64,000 bases of DNA from the IMG/VR virus record IMGVR_UViG_3300030294_000005, positions 124,001 through 188,000 of that record; one strand, 5' to 3'. The translations under genes and the position numbers were made by a program. The notes below the pieces were generated by a model. It searched no databases, was not told the origin of the DNA, and saw only the letters and a program-made list of their open reading frames with translations. Each line of letters opens with the position of its first letter. Position 1 is the first letter of the stretch. Shown here piece after piece: positions 9,408 to 18,663 of this stretch.

Positions 9408-10625
9408 ATGAAAAGAAATGCAAAAATAATATCTAAAAAAGAAGATTTAGATTTATTATTAAATATAAAAGAAGATGATATTACATTATCTTTTATAATG
9501 GATAATTTTGGAGAATTTGATGGAAAAAAAAGATTTGATTCTTATGATGAATTAGAAATTCCAAAAGGTATGTATGGTGCTGAAGGAATTAAAAATAAAA
9601 ATGTATTTACTACTACTGTAGGAATATGGATTTTTAATAAATATTTTATTGAAAAAGATTTATTTAATATATTTAAATATATTAATAAAACTGTTGGTAA
9701 GAAATTATTCAATGAAATAAATGAAAAACTTTCATATGCAGTAATGGAAGATGATATTGAGTTAGAAGTATTAAAAAGATATTTGATGAAGACTCAAAAG
9801 TTCATGCCATTTGTATCTATACTATCTCCAAGTTATACTTTAGCTATGCTGACTTGCACTAAAGATATAGAAAAGAAAAAGAAAGAGTTATTTAAGCTGT
9901 ATGATAAGGAAGTAAAATCTGGAGACCCATTAATTATAGATAAGATTCAAACAGAACTGTTAACCTATTCTAGAGAATTATTAAAAGATGATCCATCAAT
10001 GGATACATATGATTCAGGAGCTAGAGGATCGTTTGATAATAATTTTAAGAATTTATTTATAATGAAAGGCCTAGTAAAAGATCCAGATCCTAATAAAGGA
10101 TATAATGTAGCGACTTCTAGTTTTATGACTGGTATTAAAAAAGATGAATACCATATATATGCTAATTCATTAGCAGCTGGCCCATATGCTAGAGCTAAGA
10201 AAACAGAGGTAGGAGGATATCTAGAAAAATTATTTCTTTCAGCTTATCAACATATTGTATTAGATAAGGCAGGAAGTGATTGTGGTACAGCAAGATATTT
10301 AACTGTTGATTTTTCAGAAGAGAGAATACAAGATTATATGTATTCCTATATAGTAGAAGGAAAAGAATTAGTCGAGATCACTTCTAAAAATATGGATAAA
10401 TATAAAAATAAGATTGTAAAATTAAGATTTTTCTCTTTATGTGAAGGAAAGAATACATGTAATAAATGTGCTGGTAATTCATTTTATAGATTAGGTATTA
10501 AGAATGTAGGAATGACTGCACCACAGGTTCCATCACGTTTAAAAGTATTAAGTATGAAAGGGTTTCATGACTCTTCTGAAAAGTTCGTGGAGATGGACCC
10601 TTGCAAAGCGTTTAGTATTAAATAA
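9408..10625 (+). CDS. rpoC: split RNA polymerase beta' middle fragment (probably virion RNAP)
   Basis: SGARGS, bridge-helix-like GPYARAKKTEVGGYLEK, DCGT...C...CNKCAG zinc site, trigger-loop-like Q......LSMKGFH. Confidence 0.85.
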   Translation: MKRNAKIISKKEDLDLLLNIKEDDITLSFIMDNFGEFDGKKRFDSYDELEIPKGMYGAEGIKNKNVFTTTVGIWIFNKYFIEKDLFNIFKYINKTVGKKLFNEINEKLSYAVMEDDIELEVLKRYLMKTQKFMPFVSILSPSYTLAMLTCTKDIEKKKKELFKLYDKEVKSGDPLIIDKIQTELLTYSRELLKDDPSMDTYDSGARGSFDNNFKNLFIMKGLVKDPDPNKGYNVATSSFMTGIKKDEYHIYANSLAAGPYARAKKTEVGGYLEKLFLSAYQHIVLDKAGSDCGTARYLTVDFSEERIQDYMYSYIVEGKELVEITSKNMDKYKNKIVKLRFFSLCEGKNTCNKCAGNSFYRLGIKNVGMTAPQVPSRLKVLSMKGFHDSSEKFVEMDPCKAFSIK

Positions 10626-10641
10626 TATGGGAGGTAATAAA

Positions 10642-11157
10642 ATGATACCATTTTTTAAATCAAATAAAATTTCATATGAAGAGTTTGATAAAAAATATAG
10701 ACCAATATTAATAGAAATTGCTAGAGATTGTATAAGTAAAGCAAAACTTATGTATAAAAATCCATTATATAAAAAAATTGAAGATATTAAATATGTAGCT
10801 GCAAACTCTAATTTAGAAGAGGATCAAGTTCAAGCTGGACAACTACATACTTATATATTTGAAGATAACTATATTGATATTATTATTAACGTTATAGATG
10901 GACAAGATGGTGTATGTACATCTGCTGGTGCTAAATTTTTAGATGAGATTGAAGCTTATTTAAAAAATAAGTTCAAATCTAAACTTAGTGAAGACGGAAA
11001 AGAAATAATAACAATAGAGACTGGTGATGGCGATGAAGGATGTGTATATGTTGAATTTAATTATAAGTTATTAGCTTTTTATGTTAGAGATATAAAATAT
11101 AAACCTATAAAAGAAACTGTTTTAGAGAGGGTATTATCAAATGTAAAAATTTTATAA
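10642..11157 (+). CDS. hypothetical protein
   Basis: GGAGGT RBS before ATG 10642. Confidence 0.75.
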   Translation: MIPFFKSNKISYEEFDKKYRPILIEIARDCISKAKLMYKNPLYKKIEDIKYVAANSNLEEDQVQAGQLHTYIFEDNYIDIIINVIDGQDGVCTSAGAKFLDEIEAYLKNKFKSKLSEDGKEIITIETGDGDEGCVYVEFNYKLLAFYVRDIKYKPIKETVLERVLSNVKIL

Positions 11158-11175
11158 ATAAATATTTATTATATA

Positions 11176-11212
11176 ATATATAGATAAGAGAGATCTTATC
11201 TATATATTTTTT
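11176..11212 (+). terminator. intrinsic terminator
   Basis: ATATATAGATAAGA/TCTTATCTATATAT stem and T-run. Confidence 0.6.
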
Positions 11213-11226
11213 AAGGAGGAATTAAA

Positions 11227-11640
11227 ATGAAACTAAAATGCTCAAAATATCCTAAAGAAAAATGTGAACATCTTGAAAATAAAACATATGATACATGTCT
11301 TGGTGGTTGTAAATTTAATCTATATCAAAATGCTGGTATAATTTATACATACGATGGCTTTAAGAAGTTTAGTGAAAATATTAATAAAGAAACGCCAATT
11401 ACAGAAGAGGTAAATAAATTAATATTAAATGATTTAAGAAATACATTAATAACTCGATATATACAATTAGAATTTAAAGATGGAAAGATATTAAGTTTTG
11501 AAGATGTAGAGGGTAGATCTTATATGTATAAAACTTATGGAAAATTAAAAGTTAAGAAAATTAAAATATATAATCTACAATGTTTAACAGTTATAGTAGA
11601 TGATTGTGATGCTAATGAGTATTGTAAAAAAATTGGTTAA
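11227..11640 (+). CDS. hypothetical protein with Cys-rich N-terminus
   Basis: AGGAGG RBS; ORF track. Confidence 0.75.
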   Translation: MKLKCSKYPKEKCEHLENKTYDTCLGGCKFNLYQNAGIIYTYDGFKKFSENINKETPITEEVNKLILNDLRNTLITRYIQLEFKDGKILSFEDVEGRSYMYKTYGKLKVKKIKIYNLQCLTVIVDDCDANEYCKKIG

Positions 11641-11658
11641 ATTTTAGGAGGTATTAGT

Positions 11659-12018
11659 ATGAAACCTATAATGCAAAAGAATATGCATAAACCAGAAGAT
11701 GGTATAATAGGAGATTGTTATAGAGCTTGTATATGTTCATTACTAGAAATAGATGACGTTGATATTCCTAATTTTGTAGAAGATAAGAACTATCCTCTTA
11801 ATGTAGTTGAGTTTCTTAGAACTAAAGGATTTAGAATGGGTAATAGTATAGAGGAACCAAAAGATATGGAATACTATATGGTTTTTGGAATGAGTCCAAG
11901 AGGATTTAGGCATTCAGTAATTTATAGTAAAGGTAAATTAGTTCACGATCCTAATCCTGAAGGTGGAGGAGTTATTCCAGATTTATATGTATGGTTATAT
12001 CCAAGAGAATGTGACTAA
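11659..12018 (+). CDS. hypothetical protein (possible papain-like Cys/His/Asp triad)
   Basis: GDCYRACI...HSVIY...HDP pattern; AGGAGG RBS. Confidence 0.65.
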   Translation: MKPIMQKNMHKPEDGIIGDCYRACICSLLEIDDVDIPNFVEDKNYPLNVVEFLRTKGFRMGNSIEEPKDMEYYMVFGMSPRGFRHSVIYSKGKLVHDPNPEGGGVIPDLYVWLYPRECD

Positions 12019-12029
12019 ATAAAATTATA

Positions 12030-12065
12030 TAATACAATAGCATTTTAGCTATTGTATTATTTTTT
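12030..12065 (+). terminator. intrinsic terminator
   Basis: TAATACAATAGC/GCTATTGTATTA stem and T-run. Confidence 0.75.
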
Positions 12066-12067
12066 GG

Positions 12068-12090
12068 TTATATATTATAAATATGAATAA
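12068..12090 (+). promoter_or_regulatory. early-type promoter motif
   Basis: TTATATATTATAAATATGAATAA, identical 23-mer also at 14687. Confidence 0.65.
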
Positions 12091-12115
12091 TAAAACAAAG
12101 GAAGGATGATATAAA

Positions 12116-12379
12116 ATGAAAGAAAGAATTGATAATATTATTAGTAACTCAGAAAAGGTGATAACTATACTAGCAAATATTAATTTAAATGATATGCCAG
12201 AAATAGTATCAGATAAATTAAAATTAGTGAATGTTAAAGTAACTGAAAGATTAAAATATTTAAATGATAATTATAATACCATCATATCTGATAAGTATGG
12301 TTATGATGAGTATCAGAGAATATTAGCCGAAGAAAAGTATATTAATGAATTGATACTAGTACTATCTGAATATAAATAA
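12116..12379 (+). CDS. hypothetical protein
   Basis: AAGGAAGG RBS; ORF track. Confidence 0.7.
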   Translation: MKERIDNIISNSEKVITILANINLNDMPEIVSDKLKLVNVKVTERLKYLNDNYNTIISDKYGYDEYQRILAEEKYINELILVLSEYK

Positions 12380-12404
12380 TAAACTAAGGAAGGATGATAG
12401 AAAA

Positions 12405-12983
12405 ATGTCAAAAATTTATTTATGTTTAAAATGTATGAAAATCTATGATAATGAATCTTTAGCACCATCAAAATCACCATATTATAAAGTATGTCCAGAC
12501 TTATATTGTGATAATAGAGAGATGTTTGAAATAGATGAAAATATGATTCCTATAATAATAAAATTAAATGATAAAGGATTTAAAACCAAGTTCTGTTGTT
12601 CTGGGCATGTTTTCGAACCATTAGATATTTATGTAAAATTTGATGATAATTTAATCAATAATATTAATATGTATATAAGGCTAAACCTTATGCCTAAGTT
12701 ACCAGAGTTTTTCATGATAGAAGGTGATTCAATAAGATTAAAGAAACGAGGATTAGTTAATAATGAATTTAAATATTTTACTGTAGGAAAGTATAATGAA
12801 TATATGATTAAATCATTTGATGAAATTATTGACATTAGTGATACACAGGTATATATTAATAAAATTAATTACATGAATGACTGTATACAATCACTTTATA
12901 ATTGGATAGATGAAATATGGGATATATCTAAATATAAAGATATAGTTAATGAAAAGGGGTTTATAATATATGAAAAACTTTAG
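12405..12983 (+). CDS. hypothetical zinc-binding protein
   Basis: CLKC...CPDLYC and KTKFCCSGH motifs. Confidence 0.7.
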   Translation: MSKIYLCLKCMKIYDNESLAPSKSPYYKVCPDLYCDNREMFEIDENMIPIIIKLNDKGFKTKFCCSGHVFEPLDIYVKFDDNLINNINMYIRLNLMPKLPEFFMIEGDSIRLKKRGLVNNEFKYFTVGKYNEYMIKSFDEIIDISDTQVYINKINYMNDCIQSLYNWIDEIWDISKYKDIVNEKGFIIYEKL

Positions 12984-13464
12984 ATTAAAAGAATTAAGAA
13001 TTAAGAATAAACTTACACAAGAAAAATTAGGAGAATTAGTAGGACTAACTAAGCAAGCTATATCAAGATTAGAAATGAATAAAAATAAATACACTGATAA
13101 TAATTTAATAAAAAAATTAGCAGTTGTTTTAAATTCAACACCTGAATACATATTAGGTCTTAGAGATAGTAGTATACAAGAAAATATGATTAATAACCCA
13201 CCTATATATAGTAGTAATAAATCATTTGATAGTAGATATGGATGTAAATGTGGTAATTTAATGGGACGTATTCATAGTGGTATTATATGCGAAAATTGTA
13301 ATACTGCAGTAAAATTTATTGAAGAAGAATATGATGATGATTTTTTAAATATAGTAATTCAATGTAAAATGAAATTAAATAAAACTGATATTAATATTAT
13401 AAAAGATATTATGAAAACATTTATAAAAAATAGAAAGGGGAATAATAAAAATGAAATTGAATAA
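12970..13464 (+). CDS. XRE-family HTH regulator with an inserted copy of the RNAP beta' zinc-binding domain
   Basis: N-terminal RLKELRIKNKLTQEKLGELVGLTKQAISRLE...LAVVLNSTPEYILG; internal RYGCKCGNLMGRIHSGIICENCNT resembles 15970-16062. Confidence 0.85.
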   Translation: MKNFRLKELRIKNKLTQEKLGELVGLTKQAISRLEMNKNKYTDNNLIKKLAVVLNSTPEYILGLRDSSIQENMINNPPIYSSNKSFDSRYGCKCGNLMGRIHSGIICENCNTAVKFIEEEYDDDFLNIVIQCKMKLNKTDINIIKDIMKTFIKNRKGNNKNEIE

Positions 13465-14182
13465 GCAATTTTTTAAAAATATACTATTTAAATTTATTGA
13501 TAATTCAAAAATAGAAGATTCGTCTTCTTCAACAATACCAAATTCTAATAAAGAGTATTATGAAAATTTCAATGCATACTCTTCTTGTAATTGGCTCGAT
13601 TTTAAATCTATGATAAAAAAGTATGGATTTAAGAAAGGGCTATCTTATAAATTTATAAATATTTCTTACCATACAAAATATAAAGAAGAAGCTATTTTAT
13701 ATTATCATAAAGAAAAAGGTTTAATATTATGGGCAACATCATTCTTTGGAACTTCTTTAAATGGTGGAACTGTTTATGGCCAAGTGAAAATAAATGAAGA
13801 GAATGAATCAGATGTTGGCAAAGCTTTAGATTGCTCACATGATTCATTTGGATATTATGATAAAGAGACCCGAAGTTCTACATTAAAAGATGCAGTTTAT
13901 TTTGATATAGATGTTAGAGATGGAATGATATCTAAATTGAATATAATAGAATCCGTTGCTGATTTTCAAAGTATTTGGACAACGAAAAATAAAAGTATGA
14001 AGCCTTTTGTATATTTATCTGATTTTACTGAAAGGCAAAAAAATAAACATTTTAATTGTGCAGATTCAACAATAGATAAATTAAATAGATCATGTAAAGA
14101 GGTTAAAGATATAGTTGGAATTGAAGATTATATAGCTAGAGAAATTTATTTTAAGGAGAAGCATAATAATGAAGGATTTTAG
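13451..14182 (+). CDS. hypothetical protein
   Basis: ORF track; overlaps the upstream gene; AAGGGG RBS. Confidence 0.75.
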   Translation: MKLNKQFFKNILFKFIDNSKIEDSSSSTIPNSNKEYYENFNAYSSCNWLDFKSMIKKYGFKKGLSYKFINISYHTKYKEEAILYYHKEKGLILWATSFFGTSLNGGTVYGQVKINEENESDVGKALDCSHDSFGYYDKETRSSTLKDAVYFDIDVRDGMISKLNIIESVADFQSIWTTKNKSMKPFVYLSDFTERQKNKHFNCADSTIDKLNRSCKEVKDIVGIEDYIAREIYFKEKHNNEGF

Positions 14183-14501
14183 AGAATTATTAGAAGCCGA
14201 TATAGAAGAACAAAAATATAGACTATATAAATCTGTACGAATTGGTAAATTCGATATATCTATTCAGGGTAGTGAGAAACATTTCTGTACACCAAGACTG
14301 ACAACTAATCTTTATGAATATTCTAAAATGGAAATAGCAATATGTGAAAATGGTAAATGGATTAGTATATTAAATGATAAACGATTTAATGATTTTAATA
14401 TAAAGATAAAATGGGACGAAAGTGATCGACCTATAGCTGAATATGTTGATATCTCAGCAATACAAGCATTGTGTGATTATATTGAAAAAAATCTAATATA
14501 A
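14169..14501 (+). CDS. hypothetical protein
   Basis: AGGAG RBS; SIQGSEKHFCTPR motif. Confidence 0.75.
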   Translation: MKDFRELLEADIEEQKYRLYKSVRIGKFDISIQGSEKHFCTPRLTTNLYEYSKMEIAICENGKWISILNDKRFNDFNIKIKWDESDRPIAEYVDISAIQALCDYIEKNLI

Positions 14502-14516
14502 TAAAAAGGAGACAAT

Positions 14517-14681
14517 ATGCTAAAATGTAGATGGTGTGGAAAAGAAATAACGGAAGAGCAAAGTAAAGAATTTGAAGGAACATGTGGTCCTACCCATATG
14601 GAATCAATATGGCGTATTCAAGAAGTAGATAGGATGTTTGCTGTTATGAAAGAAGATAGAGAAAAAGTTAAAGTTATTTAA
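14517..14681 (+). CDS. small CxxC hypothetical protein (54 aa, not in ORF track)
   Basis: AAGGAG RBS; MLKCRWCGKE...TCGPTH...KVKVI*. Confidence 0.65.
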   Translation: MLKCRWCGKEITEEQSKEFEGTCGPTHMESIWRIQEVDRMFAVMKEDREKVKVI

Positions 14682-14686
14682 TTCAA

Positions 14687-14709
14687 TTATATATTATAAA
14701 TATGAATAA
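14687..14709 (+). promoter_or_regulatory. early-type promoter motif
   Basis: TTATATATTATAAATATGAATAA. Confidence 0.65.
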
Positions 14710-14770
14710 AGTTAGTAGTTATCTTTATTTATAAAAAAATATAAAACTATATACAAAGGAGATTATTAAA

Positions 14771-15079
14771 ATGATCAAAAATTTTAACAAATTCATAGGA
14801 CACGTTTCTGAGATAAACGATAATGAGGCAATGGGTATTATAGATGGTATATACCATGGCATTGTAAATTATTATAATAAAGATACAAATAAAGCTAGGA
14901 ACATAGAATTGATTACTGATACTGTTGATTTCAGAGATTTAGTTTATGTTAAATCTATTGACTTAAGTAATCCAGTATCTATATTTACAAATATAGGTGA
15001 AAGTGCAATTTATCTTTTAGAGAAATTTCCTAAATTAAAACGTCTTTGGAAAGTTGAATTGCATGACTATACTGCTTAA
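14771..15079 (+). CDS. hypothetical protein
   Basis: AAGGAG RBS; ORF track. Confidence 0.75.
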   Translation: MIKNFNKFIGHVSEINDNEAMGIIDGIYHGIVNYYNKDTNKARNIELITDTVDFRDLVYVKSIDLSNPVSIFTNIGESAIYLLEKFPKLKRLWKVELHDYTA

Positions 15080-15101
15080 TATTTAAAAGGAGATATATGA
15101 T

Positions 15102-15290
15102 ATGCAAGGTAGATTTAAGAAAAATCATATTATAATAGGAGATAATCAAGTATTAAAAATTCCTAGTAATGTAGATATAGAAATAATAGAAGTTCAAAAT
15201 CATCCTGAATTTGGAAGAAGATATAAAATTCTAGGATGCAAAGGATGGATTAAACATGAATGCTTTGAATATGTGATTGGTTATATTTAA
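15102..15290 (+). CDS. hypothetical protein
   Basis: AAGGAG RBS; ORF track. Confidence 0.65.
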   Translation: MQGRFKKNHIIIGDNQVLKIPSNVDIEIIEVQNHPEFGRRYKILGCKGWIKHECFEYVIGYI

Positions 15291-15293
15291 TTT

Positions 15294-15331
15294 AATAATA
15301 CTTGCAAATTTATGCAAGTATTATTTTTTTT
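15294..15331 (+). terminator. intrinsic terminator
   Basis: AATAATACTTGCA/TGCAAGTATTATT stem and T-run. Confidence 0.75.
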
Positions 15332-15350
15332 AATAAAATACATTAGATAT

Positions 15351-15362
15351 AACAAATATATA
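15351..15362 (+). promoter_or_regulatory. late-type promoter motif AACA-N6-TA
   Basis: AACAAATATATA, followed by hairpin AGATACATA/TATGTATCT at 15369-15390. Confidence 0.4.
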
Positions 15363-15405
15363 ACTAAGAGATACATATTGCTATGTATCTTAATATAGTT
15401 TTAAA

Positions 15406-15428
15406 TTATATATTATAGATATGATTAA
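15406..15428 (+). promoter_or_regulatory. early-type promoter motif
   Basis: TTATATATTATAGATATGATTAA, heading the operon that contains beta'N. Confidence 0.6.
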
Positions 15429-15452
15429 ATTATGAAAGGCGGATAAAATATT

Positions 15453-15719
15453 ATGGAAAAAAAGAAAAAAGTTATTAGTTTTATTGCAAAAAATAATGAG
15501 TACATTACTGTAGGTGAATTAAAACAGCACTTAGATGATTTCGACGATCTATTACCTATAACTGTATTTAATAAAGATGGAGAAATTGAATCATTAACTA
15601 ATGGTAATATATATAAATATAATCTAAATAAAGGATTAATAGATCCATCAGATCCTCAATATGATAATTATAAAGAATCAGATGGGTTTGATAAAACTTT
15701 ATTATTATATCCAATGTAA
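15453..15719 (+). CDS. hypothetical protein
   Basis: AAGGCGG RBS; N-terminal KKKKVISF. Confidence 0.7.
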   Translation: MEKKKKVISFIAKNNEYITVGELKQHLDDFDDLLPITVFNKDGEIESLTNGNIYKYNLNKGLIDPSDPQYDNYKESDGFDKTLLLYPM

Positions 15720-15747
15720 TATATACTTAAAGAGGAGACGAATGTAA

Positions 15748-17265
15748 ATGGGAGAATTGAATGTATCATACAGTTATCCATATAATGCAAATTATACTTA
15801 TAACGTATTATTAGAGAGGGTTAATTTAGATGAAGAAAGAGAAATGTCTATTTTAAAAGGTAGAGGTTTTGTTATAAGAAATTATCAAAGTGATATTAAG
15901 AAAGATATTAAAAATCAAGACGGAATATTTTCATCTAAATTCGGAGCTACATTGCAAGATGTAAATCCATTTGCAGATAGATATAAATGTCAATGTGGTC
16001 GTTTAACTGGACGTATTCATCATGGTATAATGTGCGAGATTTGTAATACTAAAGTAAGTTATGTTGATGATGACTTTGAATATTTCGGATGGATAGTATT
16101 GAAAGATCCATATTATATCATACATCCAAATCTATATAAAGCAATAGCTAATTTATTTGGTACTATGAATAAACAATCCGTATTAGATAGTATATTGGCT
16201 CCAAAAGATGAACGAGATCAGGATGGGTATATAGTAGAACAAGAGATTAATAAGAAAGAACCATTTGTTGGAATAGGAATACTTGCATTCAAAGAAAGAT
16301 TCGAAGAAATAATGAAATTCTATTTAAAGAAAACTCCAGGTAAGAAAGAGTATTATGAAAATATAATGAAGAATAAAGATAAAGTATTTACTCAATCTAT
16401 ACCAGTATATACAATACATTTAAGACCTTATAAAGTTTCTGGAGAGAAATTTGAATTCGAAGGAACAAATTCAACTTATAATATGATGTGTAAGTTAATG
16501 GCTTCTATAAATAATGATGAACTTAAAGTGTTTAGACAGAGGAAGTCAAAGAGCCAATTATTATATGATCTAAATGTAAAATTTCAAGATTTATATAAAG
16601 AATTAGAATTAATAATATCTGGTAAGAAAGGTTCTATACGTTCACTGTTTGGTGGTAGATATAATTTTACTTCCAGATGTGTTATAGTTCCAAATCAAAC
16701 ATTAAGAATTGATGAAGTAATAGCACCTTATGCCGCAATGGTTGAATTACTCCAACAAAGCATAATAAATATATTACAGAAATCATATAATATGAGTTAT
16801 AGTGATGCTTATAATATGTGGTTTATGTCACAGACAGAGAAAGATACTAGAATAGAAAAAATAATATTAAGTATTATTCATAATCATGATCGAGGAGTTC
16901 CTATATTACTTAATCGTAATCCTACAATAAATTATGGTTCAATAATGCAAATGTTTATAGTAGGGATTACAGATACTTATACATTAGGTATGCCCCTACA
17001 AGTATTACCTTTATTTTCTGCTGACTTTGATGGTGATGTTTTAAATATGTTGTATATTATAAATAAAACATTCTTAGAAGAGGCATTCAATAAATTAAAT
17101 CCAAGAAATGCTATGTATATTTCAAGAAATGATGGTAAATTTAATAATGCTGTTAATCATACAAAAGATCTTCTTATCAATGCTAATACATTCATAAATT
17201 TATCAAGAAAATATTATTCAAAAGAACAATTAGAATTGATAGAAAGGATAAAAGAAATGTTATAA
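15748..17265 (+). CDS. rpoC: split RNA polymerase beta' N-terminal subunit with catalytic site (probably non-virion RNAP)
   Basis: CQCG...CEIC zinc site, FGWIVL, KKGSIRSLFGGRYNFTSRCVI, LLNRNPTI, catalytic SADFDGDVLN. Confidence 0.92.
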   Translation: MGELNVSYSYPYNANYTYNVLLERVNLDEEREMSILKGRGFVIRNYQSDIKKDIKNQDGIFSSKFGATLQDVNPFADRYKCQCGRLTGRIHHGIMCEICNTKVSYVDDDFEYFGWIVLKDPYYIIHPNLYKAIANLFGTMNKQSVLDSILAPKDERDQDGYIVEQEINKKEPFVGIGILAFKERFEEIMKFYLKKTPGKKEYYENIMKNKDKVFTQSIPVYTIHLRPYKVSGEKFEFEGTNSTYNMMCKLMASINNDELKVFRQRKSKSQLLYDLNVKFQDLYKELELIISGKKGSIRSLFGGRYNFTSRCVIVPNQTLRIDEVIAPYAAMVELLQQSIINILQKSYNMSYSDAYNMWFMSQTEKDTRIEKIILSIIHNHDRGVPILLNRNPTINYGSIMQMFIVGITDTYTLGMPLQVLPLFSADFDGDVLNMLYIINKTFLEEAFNKLNPRNAMYISRNDGKFNNAVNHTKDLLINANTFINLSRKYYSKEQLELIERIKEML

Positions 17266-17271
17266 ATAATT

Positions 17272-17303
17272 AAGAGTAGTGATTATAATATTGCTACTCT
17301 TTA
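17272..17303 (+). terminator. hairpin / probable terminator
   Basis: AAGAGTAGTGAT/ATTGCTACTCTT stem with 2 GU pairs. Confidence 0.5.
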
Positions 17304-17328
17304 AATTAAAATAATGGGGGTTATATTA

Positions 17329-17793
17329 ATGAATATGGTAGAAATATTAAATCTTACAAGATACATAAAATCTGATCTAAGAGTAATACCTGAAGTAATA
17401 AATAGTAGAGTGATTGTATCACTGTATCATGTAGATGATGATATATTATATGATACACATCATGAAGTTATTCTCAATGCTATAGTAGCAGCAGAAACAG
17501 AAATGTTGAATGCTATAGGAATAAAAGAAATTGTCGAACCATACTTTTATGCATTATTAAATAATGATAGATTATTAAAATTACAACGTGAAATAGAAAA
17601 GGCACTATCTAAATTTAAAGAAGAAAATGAAAATACTGATATATTATTAGACAATCTAAAGAAAGTATTACTTATAGAAAATATTATAGACTATGATGAT
17701 GAAAGTTCAGATTTAGTACATATGATAAATAAGAGGACTTCTAAAGAAACTCTTAATAAAATAAGTTCACATAATAGTAATAGAATTTATTAA
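17329..17793 (+). CDS. hypothetical protein
   Basis: GGGGG RBS before ATG 17329. Confidence 0.7.
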   Translation: MNMVEILNLTRYIKSDLRVIPEVINSRVIVSLYHVDDDILYDTHHEVILNAIVAAETEMLNAIGIKEIVEPYFYALLNNDRLLKLQREIEKALSKFKEENENTDILLDNLKKVLLIENIIDYDDESSDLVHMINKRTSKETLNKISSHNSNRIY

Positions 17794-17808
17794 AAGGGGG
17801 AATATGAT

Positions 17809-17913
17809 ATGCATACTAACTCAATTTTGGCGATAATTGTAATAGTTATATTATGGATATCATTATTCATATGCATGAATCTATTATATAATAGATCAAG
17901 AAAAAATAAATAA
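17809..17913 (+). CDS. 34-aa single-TM peptide (not in ORF track)
   Basis: AAGGGGG RBS; MHTNSILAIIVIVILWISLFICMNLLYNRSRKNK. Confidence 0.55.
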   Translation: MHTNSILAIIVIVILWISLFICMNLLYNRSRKNK

Positions 17914-17962
17914 TTAATATATAAATAACATAACTGAAAAAATATATTAAAGAGGTGAGATA

Positions 17963-18469
17963 ATGGAAGGTTGTGTAAAATTATTTTGTTCAAAAGAATC
18001 AAAATTAAATGAAGATATTAATGATTATATAAATCAATATAAATTAGACAATTATATTTATCTAACACCAACTAGTTCTACTATGATAATAATTAAAGGT
18101 ATTGGTATGATCCCTGAAAATACTATAAAATCTTTAGTTAGTTTTTCTCAAGTAAAAGCTTCAGAAGAAGAAATAAAACAAATTAATTGTGATAAAGAGA
18201 AAAAAGCTAGATTTTGGGATAATATATATTGTTGCCTTATTAGAAAAAATCTAGAAACTGGTGGAATAACATTTTGTGTATTTGGAGAATATATAGATAT
18301 ATATAAGGTGTTTGGTATAAATATATCAAAAGATAAAACCTATATAACTGTTTATGAAAGAGCTGATGTTCCACCAAGTATATCTATTAAGCTTCATAAT
18401 AAATATCCTAATTTTTTAGCATATATCCATGAATATGTAATACCAGAATTAGAAAAGATTTTATTATAA
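17963..18469 (+). CDS. hypothetical protein
   Basis: GAGGTG RBS; ORF track. Confidence 0.75.
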   Translation: MEGCVKLFCSKESKLNEDINDYINQYKLDNYIYLTPTSSTMIIIKGIGMIPENTIKSLVSFSQVKASEEEIKQINCDKEKKARFWDNIYCCLIRKNLETGGITFCVFGEYIDIYKVFGINISKDKTYITVYERADVPPSISIKLHNKYPNFLAYIHEYVIPELEKILL

Positions 18470-18490
18470 TAAAGGAGATGAATAGTTGTA

Positions 18491-18655
18491 ATGATGCTTT
18501 CACGAAAACAGATAAATAGATATATTATATCTATTGAAAGCAAAAAGAAAAGGTTAAGCAATAAAGCAAAATCAAGACTTATAAAAGATTATAATAGATA
18601 TTCTAGTATTAGATTAAAAGAAATGATGGCAAAATTAGATAGTGCTTTACAATAA
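18491..18655 (+). CDS. 54-aa basic hypothetical protein (not in ORF track)
   Basis: AAGGAG RBS; MMLSRKQINRYII...KLDSALQ*. Confidence 0.55.
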   Translation: MMLSRKQINRYIISIESKKKRLSNKAKSRLIKDYNRYSSIRLKEMMAKLDSALQ

Positions 18656-18663
18656 AGGAGAGG

